From positions 1 to 64,000 of the IMG/VR virus record IMGVR_UViG_3300048583_000274: a DNA stretch of 64,000 nucleotides; one strand, 5' to 3'. The notes beneath the pieces were generated by a model, which saw only the letters and a list, made by a program, of their open reading frames with translations, had not been told where the DNA came from and did not search any database. Position 1 is the first letter of the stretch. The number at the start of each line of letters is the position of its first letter. Source of the DNA: a virus. Shown here in pieces: positions 25,750-34,019 of the stretch. The position numbers and the translations under genes are program-made.

Positions 25750-26518
25750 AATCTATTGTGCTTATAAAATCTAAAGTTCTACATTCAGTAGATCCATTAA
25801 ATTCAATTAAAGGTTTATATTTTAAATTTTTAGAATTCTTAAGCATAATATTTTCAAGATCAAAGATATAACTAGGATTATCAGAAGAGATTACTTTTAA
25901 AACTTCATATTGATAAGGCATTCTATTAATTGTAGTGTATCTTCTTTTTAAACTTTTAGAAGTAATACCAATTTTAATAAACTCTTCAGTTTCACTCCAA
26001 CATCTAATAATATAAAGAATAGCAATTTTATCTTGGCATCTTTTTATCCAATTGGTTTTATTCCAACCAAGATTATTATTTAAAGATAATTTTCTTTTTC
26101 CTGTAATACTACTGCATTTCTTACAATTAGCTTTTTTAGATAGATGAGAGTTAGGAGAGATTAAAAACTCTCCGTGTATTCTACAATTGATTTTAACTTT
26201 ATCATGAGCAGAATTCCCATAATTTGTAACAGAATAATCATATCTATTTTTATGAATTTTTTTAGCTTTTTCAATAAAATTTTCTGTAGTATCTTTTTGT
26301 CTTTGTTGTTGTCTTTCAAAGGCACATTTAGAACATCCTTGTTTTCTAGTAATATGCATATGAGGACTAACCTGAAAATCTCCATGTTTATCACAAATTA
26401 CAATCACTTTAGTATGCATAGCTTTATAAGCTACTTTCTCATAATGATACAAATTTTCATGTATTTCTAGAAATAAAAGTATAATTGTTTCTGTAGTATA
26501 TCTTTTTCTTTTCATCAT
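25733..26518 (-). CDS. GIY-YIG-superfamily (T5orf172-like) endonuclease with duplicated zinc-ribbon modules
   Basis: Two repeats, CDKHGDFQVSPHMHITRKQGCSKC and CRIHGEFLISPNSHLSKKANCKKC, followed by ILYIIRCWSETEEFIKIGITSKSLKRRY. Confidence 0.6.
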   Translation of the reverse strand: MMKRKRYTTETIILLFLEIHENLYHYEKVAYKAMHTKVIVICDKHGDFQVSPHMHITRKQGCSKCAFERQQQRQKDTTENFIEKAKKIHKNRYDYSVTNYGNSAHDKVKINCRIHGEFLISPNSHLSKKANCKKCSSITGKRKLSLNNNLGWNKTNWIKRCQDKIAILYIIRCWSETEEFIKIGITSKSLKRRYTTINRMPYQYEVLKVISSDNPSYIFDLENIMLKNSKNLKYKPLIEFNGSTECRTLDFISTIDYAEAH

Positions 26519-26569
26519 TAGTGTTCTTTAGAATAATTTGTAAAATTACAAAAACTATTCTAATACTCA

Positions 26570-28477
26570 CTAATGACAATCAGCATAATTACTACCAAAA
26601 TCAATACTTATACCTAAAGGAATATTTAGTTTAAGTGTTTGGTTAGTTAATTGAATAGCTAAATTAAGCTTATTTTTAATAGCCTCTATATCAGATTTAA
26701 GAAAACTAAAGCCAATTTCATCATGGTATTGAAGATTAATTTTAATACCTTGTTTTCTTACATTAGAAATATGCATATCAAAGCAGTAAACTCCTGTTCC
26801 TTGATTAAGAGTTGAAAATTTATCTTTAGCTTGTCTAAGAGAATACCAAAACTTACTTACAGGGTTATACAACCACATTTGCCCTCTGACTACCTTTGAT
26901 ACAGTATCATTGGCAATTTGCTTTACAGCTTTATTTCTTTCCCAATAAATTGTATGCAGTAGAGTAGATTCTTGTAGAGACATACCTGTAGTTAAGGCTA
27001 TCTTAGGTGGCCCAGCACCATAGATTCCACTAAAATTCACAACTTTAGCTTTACTCCTAATCTTCTTAAGTCTAGCATGTTCTGCCTTTTCTTCAGCAGA
27101 CAAGGATTCAGATTTATCCAATTTCTTAAACAAATCCGCTTCTTCTTTAGACATCATGTTGGCTAAAATACCAATATCAATGTGAGGATCAAATCCCGGA
27201 ACTCTCATAGCTTGTACATACTCAGGGTCATAAAACATCATATAATGTTGTTTAGTTGTATCCTCTAAAGAAGACATATCAGAACCACAAAATAAATGAT
27301 TTTCATCAGGGGCTATAATGGCACCTCTAATTTCTTTTCCATAAGGTTTATCTACTCCGGGAAGATTAGCAATAGGCTTTTTATGTCTAAATCTAAGGGT
27401 ATTAGTAAATCCTGCTATTTCAGCTTTCATTCTACCTTTTTCATCAGAACACTCTAAGAAGCCTGTAAATACTCCTATTCTATGTTGAAGCATAAATAGT
27501 CCCTTTAATTCATTAAGAACAGGGTATGTATCAGCAAGAACAGTAATATTTCTACATAGCTTTTTATCTTTATCTTGAAGTTGAGGTATAGCTTTCACTT
27601 CTCCTGCTACATTCTTTTTGTAATCAAAAATAGTAGGTTGCCATCCTAAAGTAAATAGCCAAGCTTTTATTTGAGGAATTGAAGTAGGATTAGGCTCTTC
27701 TTTACTTTTGATAATACTAACTTCTCCTTCAAAATCTGCCTCTAGATCATTATCAGCCAACAGATTCAACCAACTTTCTCCGGCTTTAGTTAAGTCTCCT
27801 TTGACAGTAAACATTTTAGCCGGCTTTCTTTTAACAGTGTATTTGAGTATTGCCGGCATAGCTCCTTTAAGGATACTTTTTCTAAGCTCAACCTGTTCTT
27901 CTAAAGAAGTTAGGACAGTTTGACAATGCTCTCTATTGATAGTTAAAGGATTAGCTTCTTGTTCATAAGCACAATCTAGCTTCCAAGTAAGATAGGCCAT
28001 GACAGTATAATAATTTTCATAGCCATAAATATCCCTAAGATAAGCTACAAAATCTCCAAAAATAATGCTATTGATGATAACATCTTCTTCACATCTATGA
28101 AGATATTCTTGTAAGGTAAGATTTTGCCAATCTTTAATCTCAGGTTTAGCTACTCCTACAGTTACTCCCCATGATTCTAAACCATGTTCTGCTCTTTCAG
28201 GGTATAAGTACCAAGAGAGGGCTAAAGTATCTATTACAGGGCCTGTATGAATGTATCCTGTTAAAGCATAAATAGCAGGTAAATCAAATCTTTTGATATT
28301 ATGCCCTACTAAATAATCTGTCTGTCCTCTTAAAAATACTACTAAATCTTCTAGTGTAGTAATATGAATTTTGTGCATGAGCATATTATCTTGATAGATA
28401 TGAGCTACAAGACAATGTAATTTGGTCAAGGTGTCTAATAACCCATCTGTTTCTATATCAAAAATAGTATATCTCAT
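26570..28477 (-). CDS. family A DNA polymerase with 3'-5' exonuclease domain
   Basis: Exo I FDIETDGL; motif A SDMSSLED; motif B RSKAKVVNFSGIYGAG; motif C LQYHDEIGF. Confidence 0.9.
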   Translation of the reverse strand: MRYTIFDIETDGLLDTLTKLHCLVAHIYQDNMLMHKIHITTLEDLVVFLRGQTDYLVGHNIKRFDLPAIYALTGYIHTGPVIDTLALSWYLYPERAEHGLESWGVTVGVAKPEIKDWQNLTLQEYLHRCEEDVIINSIIFGDFVAYLRDIYGYENYYTVMAYLTWKLDCAYEQEANPLTINREHCQTVLTSLEEQVELRKSILKGAMPAILKYTVKRKPAKMFTVKGDLTKAGESWLNLLADNDLEADFEGEVSIIKSKEEPNPTSIPQIKAWLFTLGWQPTIFDYKKNVAGEVKAIPQLQDKDKKLCRNITVLADTYPVLNELKGLFMLQHRIGVFTGFLECSDEKGRMKAEIAGFTNTLRFRHKKPIANLPGVDKPYGKEIRGAIIAPDENHLFCGSDMSSLEDTTKQHYMMFYDPEYVQAMRVPGFDPHIDIGILANMMSKEEADLFKKLDKSESLSAEEKAEHARLKKIRSKAKVVNFSGIYGAGPPKIALTTGMSLQESTLLHTIYWERNKAVKQIANDTVSKVVRGQMWLYNPVSKFWYSLRQAKDKFSTLNQGTGVYCFDMHISNVRKQGIKINLQYHDEIGFSFLKSDIEAIKNKLNLAIQLTNQTLKLNIPLGISIDFGSNYADCH

Positions 28478-28480
28478 CTT

Positions 28481-28876
28481 TTAAAAATTAAATAGGTTAG
28501 CATCTTCCATCTCCTCTAAAGCTTTTTCTACCATAGGAGCAATCATGTTTTTACTTAAGATAGCTCTAGCCCTTTCTCTTCTTTCATCTACTGTTAAGAT
28601 GTATTGATTTCTTAAGGCTAATTCTACTCTTTCTTGCATTACAAGGAGTTTATTTGTACTATGAAGACTATCATTACCTTCTACACTTCCTTGATATTTA
28701 AAGACTTTTCCAATAAAATCTTCATACTTTACTTTACTATTTTTAAGGAAAGCCTTAATAGAACCAAAAACATATCCATGTTGTTCTAAAAATTCTATCC
28801 TCTCAATAACCAAAGTAAGAAGAACAATAAATTGTAAATTGTAATCATCTTTTTTAGTTTTATCTTCCGGAGACAT
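28481..28876 (-). CDS. hypothetical protein
   Basis: 131-aa ORF between the polymerase and the helicase. Confidence 0.5.
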   Translation of the reverse strand: MSPEDKTKKDDYNLQFIVLLTLVIERIEFLEQHGYVFGSIKAFLKNSKVKYEDFIGKVFKYQGSVEGNDSLHSTNKLLVMQERVELALRNQYILTVDERRERARAILSKNMIAPMVEKALEEMEDANLFNF

Positions 28877-29156
28877 AATCTATATCATTTATGAATAGGT
28901 TATTATAAGTTCTTCCATTCTTACTAGAGCCTATAAAAACAAAGCCTACTGAAACTTCATCTCCGGGCTGTATTCCTAGTTTCTCTATTTTAGCTATCAT
29001 TGCATCTCTAATTTCAAAGTAAGCTGTTTGTTCATCTTCTGTAGTAATAGTTACAATACTAGCTTTTTTAGTAGGTTTCCCGGGTACACAAAGTAACTCA
29101 GGTTTTTTCATTCCTTCAAACATACCTACAAATGTGGTCAGTCTTTTTCTTGACAT
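28860..29156 (-). CDS. hypothetical protein
   Basis: 98-aa ORF in the array. Confidence 0.45.
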   Translation of the reverse strand: MSRKRLTTFVGMFEGMKKPELLCVPGKPTKKASIVTITTEDEQTAYFEIRDAMIAKIEKLGIQPGDEVSVGFVFIGSSKNGRTYNNLFINDIDYVSGR

Positions 29157-29159
29157 GGT

Positions 29160-30479
29160 TTAAACGTTATATAAAATTAATAATTCACTTGATCTTGTCA
29201 CACCTGTATACAACAACCTTTCTTTTTCTTTAGGATTTTGATTCATAGCAATATTCCTAACATTTAAAACAGTAGTTTTATAAGTAGAACCTTGACTTTT
29301 ATGAACTGTAAGTGCATGATTGTATTTAAAATCAGCAAATAAATCATAGAAAGCATTTCTACATACAAAACTAAGTTTTCCTTCTTTAGCATTCTTATTC
29401 AAAAGATAAGTCATTTGTTTAAAAGCATACATAGAAGATTCTGCTACAACTACAATTTCATCAGCATTGATAAGGTATACTTCTAACTCTAAATCTTGAG
29501 ATACATACTTGTGAAAAGCATCTTCAACTAATACAGGAAATATTTTCTTAGTTTTTACTAAAGTTTCCACATAGACTTCTTCATTAGTATTATATTCTCC
29601 TGATCTATAAGGAGAATTCATAACCAAAGTTTCATCTAGCTCTATTTTAGCAGGATTATCTCCATAAAGTCTGTGTCTCACTAAAGAATTGACTTTATCT
29701 ACCTCTTCATTAGTCCAAGCAAGATACTTGAAATCATCTGTACCATTAACCTTAGCTAATTCTTCAATGATTTTAGCCATATTATCAGAGTACAGGTATC
29801 CGGTTAGATTTTCGGATTCTGTACCAAATAATTGATTTTCTTTAGACCAAATACTAGGAAGATTTCTACTAAGAGTAATTATAGGATTTCCTTCTCCTTG
29901 TCTGATAATTTCTGTAAGCTCTACTTCAGGAAAACCTTGTAAAAATACAGGACTATCATCTTCTCCAACAGGATTAATTTGTTTTTCATCCCCTACAAAT
30001 ATGACTGTTACTCTTTGAATTTTTGAATGATAAAGGATATTTTCTAACATGACAGTATCAATCATAGAAGCTTCATCTATAATCCAATATTTCATATACT
30101 TTAAAGGAGGATTTTTTTCATTAGGCATAGAAATAAATTCTTTACTTCCATCTCTCCTATTGGTAATAGCTTTATAATGTAAAGCTGAGTGAAGAGTATT
30201 GAATTTAATGTCTGAAGCTTTAACTTTAGTTCTAATAACAGATAAAGCTTTATGAGTAGGAGCAGAACATAAAATTGAAAAAGGCTTTACTATATTGCAA
30301 AGTTCTCTAATAATAGTGTCTACAAGCCAAGTTTTACCAACTCCGGCACTTCCTTTTAAGAGAATAAGATTCTCTCCTTGATTAATGAGTTCAAATATCT
30401 CATTAAATTTTTCTTCTTGATGTAATGTTAAATCTGTCATATTGTTATTAAAGTTAAAAAAAAGAGAAGAGTGAGGCAT
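29160..30479 (-). CDS. SF1 RecD/Dda-like DNA helicase
   Basis: Walker A LLKGSAGVGKTW, WIIDEASM, and C-terminal TVHKSQGSTY. The probable start is MTDLTL (ATG at 30440), because the annotated N-terminus runs into the upstream terminator. Confidence 0.8.
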   Translation of the reverse strand: MPHSSLFFNFNNNMTDLTLHQEEKFNEIFELINQGENLILLKGSAGVGKTWLVDTIIRELCNIVKPFSILCSAPTHKALSVIRTKVKASDIKFNTLHSALHYKAITNRRDGSKEFISMPNEKNPPLKYMKYWIIDEASMIDTVMLENILYHSKIQRVTVIFVGDEKQINPVGEDDSPVFLQGFPEVELTEIIRQGEGNPIITLSRNLPSIWSKENQLFGTESENLTGYLYSDNMAKIIEELAKVNGTDDFKYLAWTNEEVDKVNSLVRHRLYGDNPAKIELDETLVMNSPYRSGEYNTNEEVYVETLVKTKKIFPVLVEDAFHKYVSQDLELEVYLINADEIVVVAESSMYAFKQMTYLLNKNAKEGKLSFVCRNAFYDLFADFKYNHALTVHKSQGSTYKTTVLNVRNIAMNQNPKEKERLLYTGVTRSSELLILYNV

Positions 30480-30497
30480 AATACCTTACTCTTCTCT
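30455..30497 (-). terminator. Rho-independent terminator
   Basis: 10-bp stem agagaagagt (30463-30472) / actcttctct (30488-30497). The minus-strand RNA is followed by an 8-nt U-tract (30455-30462). Confidence 0.7.
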
Positions 30498-30503
30498 ATA
30501 ATG

Positions 30504-31214
30504 TTAAAGGACTTCTTGAGCCACTGTATGGCTAGTTTGCACTAAACCTAATTCAGCAGCAATAGTCGGTGTTGCAAAGAAATCAGAAGCATCTTCTGTT
30601 CTCATGTCTTGGTCAGCAGTAGCTACATTTTTGTAGAAAGTAGCTTTGTACTGAGGTTTACCATTGGCATCTGTAATCAGTTTACCGGCCATTTCATGTC
30701 CTACAGGATATCTTACAACTTGACTATCTGCAATGATAGCTTGAGTAGTAAGACCTTGCTCAATAGCATAAACTTGATCATTTGACAAAATTGGTTTGTT
30801 ACCAAGAATTCTGTAAATACAAGCATCTTTCAAGCTACTAATTTTAGCTTGAACACTTTCTGCTGTACTACCTGCTGGAACCGGAATCCATGCTACTCTA
30901 GTTTCTTGAGAAACATACTCTTGTTCTTTAAAATCAAATTCACTAGTCCCAAAAGGATTGTCCTTAAGATTGTTGCTTACAGATTTTGATGGATAAAAAC
31001 TCTTAGTTTCTATAATCTGTTTTACTTCAGCAGTTAAAGTACCTTCTTTTTGGTAATTAGCAGTGTACACTCTTGAAACTGCTAATGGGCTCTTTTGAAC
31101 TTCTTTTCTTACTCTTGGAGCTGTTGGTGTTGAAACTTGTGTTTCCATAATGTGTAATAAATAAATGATTGAATGCCTTAAGTAATTGATAGGAAGGTAA
31201 TAACCTATTATCAC
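30504..31214 (-). CDS. hypothetical protein (monocistronic unit)
   Basis: The probable start is METQVST (ATG at 31148, 214 aa). It is followed by a strong terminator and is the first gene of the leftward module. Confidence 0.55.
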   Translation of the reverse strand: MIIGYYLPINYLRHSIIYLLHIMETQVSTPTAPRVRKEVQKSPLAVSRVYTANYQKEGTLTAEVKQIIETKSFYPSKSVSNNLKDNPFGTSEFDFKEQEYVSQETRVAWIPVPAGSTAESVQAKISSLKDACIYRILGNKPILSNDQVYAIEQGLTTQAIIADSQVVRYPVGHEMAGKLITDANGKPQYKATFYKNVATADQDMRTEDASDFFATPTIAAELGLVQTSHTVAQEVL

Positions 31215-31415
31215 TTAAAGCTTTGATTTGAATTTTTGATTTACCTTTTTGTTTAAAAAAACTATAGAGGTTTTGATAAGACTGCTACGAGTTAACTTAC
31301 TTACTATAGCCCAAAATAAGGGAGCTTTACAGGGCTTTGCTGTCGGGCTCTAAAGTATTAAAATACTTTTTTGGCACTGCAGAGGTTACCTCCTAAGTAT
31401 TGCTTATTTTTGTAG

Positions 31416-31883
31416 TGGAGTAGCGGAGAGTTGAACTCCGGTCCAAACTACTTCCTTCTTAAGAATTTATACAGCTTTTTGTTTCCAAAGTAATTTTAGC
31501 TCTGATGGAAACACTGAAGAGCACTCTTGTATCTTTTAATTCTGCTAGAATAGTGCAAGAATGTGTCTAGTAAACTAGTCACTGAGGGTCAACTGTGTTA
31601 CGAGTTAACTTCCACCACCATAGTTTTTTACCCTAAGCTATGGAAAAAGGGAGTATTAATCATGCTTATCTAGGACTAAGCTGCCTCAGCTAACTCTACT
31701 TCTTGTGAAGCAGAAACTAAATCATCTTCTCCATTAAGGATATTATGAACTACAGTCATATTAGCTTGTACTTGGGAATTCTCTAAAATGTTGTCATTTA
31801 TTAAGTTCACCTTAGTTTTTAAGGGTTATCTCTCCCTGCTGATTCTTAAAAATTCACATAACCTGTCAAAACCTGTCTACCCC
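31416..31883 (-). ncRNA. ssrA: tmRNA (transfer-messenger RNA)
   Basis: The minus-strand 5' end is GGGGUAGACAGGUUUUGACAGG. The 3' end is UUUGGAC-CGGAG-UUCAACU-CUCCG-CUACUCC-A. The acceptor stem GGGGUAG/CUACUCC has a G3:U70 wobble and the T-loop is canonical. P2 pairing joins nt 32-42 with 31456-31466. The internal tag frame ends VELAEAA-UAG (stop at 31676-31678). CCA is not encoded. Confidence 0.85.
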
Positions 31884-32465
31884 AAAAATGCTTGTCTTTC
31901 CAAGCTGTCAAGCTACTTAGCTAATGATTTCACCCTGTTATGGAAATTTGTTTTCCCGCCATAAACCTTCAGGGCTTGGTGTGTGTCCTATCTGATTACT
32001 CCACACATTCACACTAGTCAGATGAATAATAAGATAAAGTTTTAATCTTGTTTATACACTACTTAGGGTATCAGTTTAGAAGGCTGAGCCAATTCAGTGA
32101 TCAGGAATAGTGATTGCAAGATTTCCTGAAGCTTTTTCTTGCTGATTAAAACTTTAAAAGGTAACCTTTAGAAATGTGGTAGCATAGCTCTCTTGTCAAA
32201 TAAGGATTAAGCCTTATAAGATGTAACAGCAATCTGCATCCACTCCTTCCATATCTAATAAGGTCTAAAGGTTAAAAGGTAAAACAATTCATATCCGGCT
32301 TTTATTACCTAGTGTATCACATGGCTTTCACATAGTCGGTTTTATTAGCTATTGGCTTCAATGAATTGTTTAAATTATTATGATATGGATTAATATAAGT
32401 ACCAAAGGGATGCTGTTAATTACAGTCTGACTCCCTTGGGATACTTACGTTTAATTTAATCCAAC

Positions 32466-32708
32466 TTAAATTCCTAGTCTATTCTTCAAGATTTTATAAT
32501 TTAATTTTAAATCTAAAAGTTCTTGTTCTTTTTGTTCAATATCATTTTTTCTCATTTCAGTGAGTTTAATTTCCACTTGGAGTAAGATATTGTTTTGTTC
32601 CTCTACTGTAAAACTTCTTCTTAGAAGATGTGCTACATGATCAACATACTCCTCCTGAACTTGAGGTTCAGGAGAAAGATATGCTAATACCTTTTGTTTA
32701 ATTGTCAT
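32466..32708 (-). CDS. hypothetical protein (coiled-coil)
   Basis: 80-aa ORF downstream of a small overlapping ORF and promoter-like motif copy 1. Confidence 0.45.
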   Translation of the reverse strand: MTIKQKVLAYLSPEPQVQEEYVDHVAHLLRRSFTVEEQNNILLQVEIKLTEMRKNDIEQKEQELLDLKLNYKILKNRLGI

Positions 32709-32868
32709 AGCGATTCTTTTTAATGCCTATAGGGTTAATTGATAAACATTGATTAGGAAATCCTAACTTATATCTCACTTGCATAATCAGCCTTTTAGCA
32801 CATATATTTTTTAGAGAATTGCTTGATGCTTCAAGAGTTCCGATTTTTATTCTTTTTCTTTGAGCCAT
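32698..32868 (-). CDS. small basic hypothetical protein
   Basis: 56-aa ORF (MAQRKRIKIGTLEASSNSLKN...), below the track cutoff. It overlaps the next ORF by 11 nt and starts ~65 nt downstream of motif copy 1. Confidence 0.35.
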   Translation of the reverse strand: MAQRKRIKIGTLEASSNSLKNICAKRLIMQVRYKLGFPNQCLSINPIGIKKNRYDN

Positions 32869-32933
32869 AATCTTTAAATTGGATTTGTTAAACTTACAAT
32901 AAAAACTGTAGTAAATGGAATTACTACTTCAAA

Positions 32934-32951
32934 TTAGTGAGGGTGTTGCGA
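32934..32951 (-). promoter_or_regulatory. conserved promoter-like motif, copy 1
   Basis: TTAGTGAGGGTGTTGCGA is identical over 18 nt to 39219-39236. The minus strand reads TCGCAACACCCTCACTAATTTGAAGTAGTAA. Confidence 0.55.
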
Positions 32952-33225
32952 TGAGGTTCTATAATAAAAAGAAGTAACTGATGTCCCTATAACAAAGGGG
33001 TTGTAGATTTTAACTAAAACTTTAACAGTGAAATATGTTAAAAAGTATTGACTATCTCAAAAAAAACAACTAACTTTGACGCAAAGAGTTTGCTCTTAAT
33101 CTATTGCATAGATAAAAAACAAAAGCCTCAGACAGTGTGTCTGCCGTAACTAAGTGTAGAGTTTTCTTTTTTTGGTACTTTTTTTCTTTGTAGGTACTTG
33201 AGTGATTGATTATAAACAACAGATA

Positions 33226-33250
33226 GGGAAGTCCACTCACAGGGCTTCCC
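33226..33250. terminator. hairpin, candidate bidirectional terminator
   Basis: gggaag(t)cc...gg(g)cttccc, followed by tttcttattgtt on plus. On minus it lies ~70 nt past the stop of ORF 33317..33739. Confidence 0.4.
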
Positions 33251-33316
33251 TTTCTTATTGTTCCTTCCGAGTTAATTAAGCCACTCTTGGAGCTAATTTT
33301 TAAAATGAATAAATGT

Positions 33317-33739
33317 TTATGATTCTGTTGGTTGTATTGGTTGGTAGTGTCTGTTAAAATCTCTTATTACAGAGTCTCTTTCAGATCTACTGAGTTTGGA
33401 CTTCTTTTCTAGAATAAGTTTATACTCATCTATTAGGCTTGAATAATTAGGAGTAATTACACTCTGTTGTTTTTTAGTAACAACAGAGCTTAGTCCTCCA
33501 AACATCATGGCCATAGCCATTAATCTTCCTATAGGTTTACTCACAGTAGGCCCGGTATTTCTTGGTCTTTCCTGATAGGTAACACCATTAAGTTCAAAAG
33601 TATTTTTCATAATCTTGTTTTTTAAGTTGGATAAAAAAATCTGCTTTTTACAGAAGCTGATAAGTATAACTGTCATAATTCCTACTGGAATATAAACTAT
33701 GAATGAAACATTGATTGTTAGCACCCTCTTTTTTAGCAC
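33317..33739 (-). CDS. hypothetical protein
   Basis: The probable start is MKNTFELNG (ATG at 33610, ~97 aa). The annotated N-terminal extension is hydrophobic read-through of intergenic sequence. Confidence 0.45.
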   Translation of the reverse strand: MLKKRVLTINVSFIVYIPVGIMTVILISFCKKQIFLSNLKNKIMKNTFELNGVTYQERPRNTGPTVSKPIGRLMAMAMMFGGLSSVVTKKQQSVITPNYSSLIDEYKLILEKKSKLSRSERDSVIRDFNRHYQPIQPTES

Positions 33740-34019
33740 ACCTAGGTATTAGAAGACCTTAGACAATAAAAAAGTAGGGTCGGATAGTCGATTAGAGTTA
33801 GCTACCAATTCTGACTACTTTGCTGAGAACTCATTTGTGTTTTGTAAAGTATTCATTTACATTTTAGTTCGGTCTTAAAATATCTCTATTCTAAATAACT
33901 AGCTTACTTTCCTTTCTCAAGGGAACAACACATTCAGACTCACATCTGACATTCTTATTTATACTTGAGTCAATGTTTTTCAAGTCTTACTCAAAAGAGT
34001 AAAGTTTTTATTTGTTTCT

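Noticed and set aside
31417-31455. A T-arm-like hairpin (CGGAG-UUCAACU-CUCCG) with an adjacent complementary 7-mer, first considered as a tRNA or tRNA-like minihelix
   Set aside because: No D-arm or anticodon arm can be built within 90 nt. The true 5' acceptor partner, GGGGUAG, lies 468 nt upstream together with a tmRNA-type 5' end, so the element is the 3' tRNA-like domain of the tmRNA.
31286-31611. A 13-nt direct repeat, tacgagttaactt, at 31286-31298 (downstream of the tmRNA) and 31599-31611 (inside the tmRNA). It was considered as an att-like duplication.
   Set aside because: A 13-mer repeat is expected by chance many times in 64 kb of AT-rich DNA. ssrA-targeting elements duplicate the 3' end, not an internal segment. 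No integrase is present.
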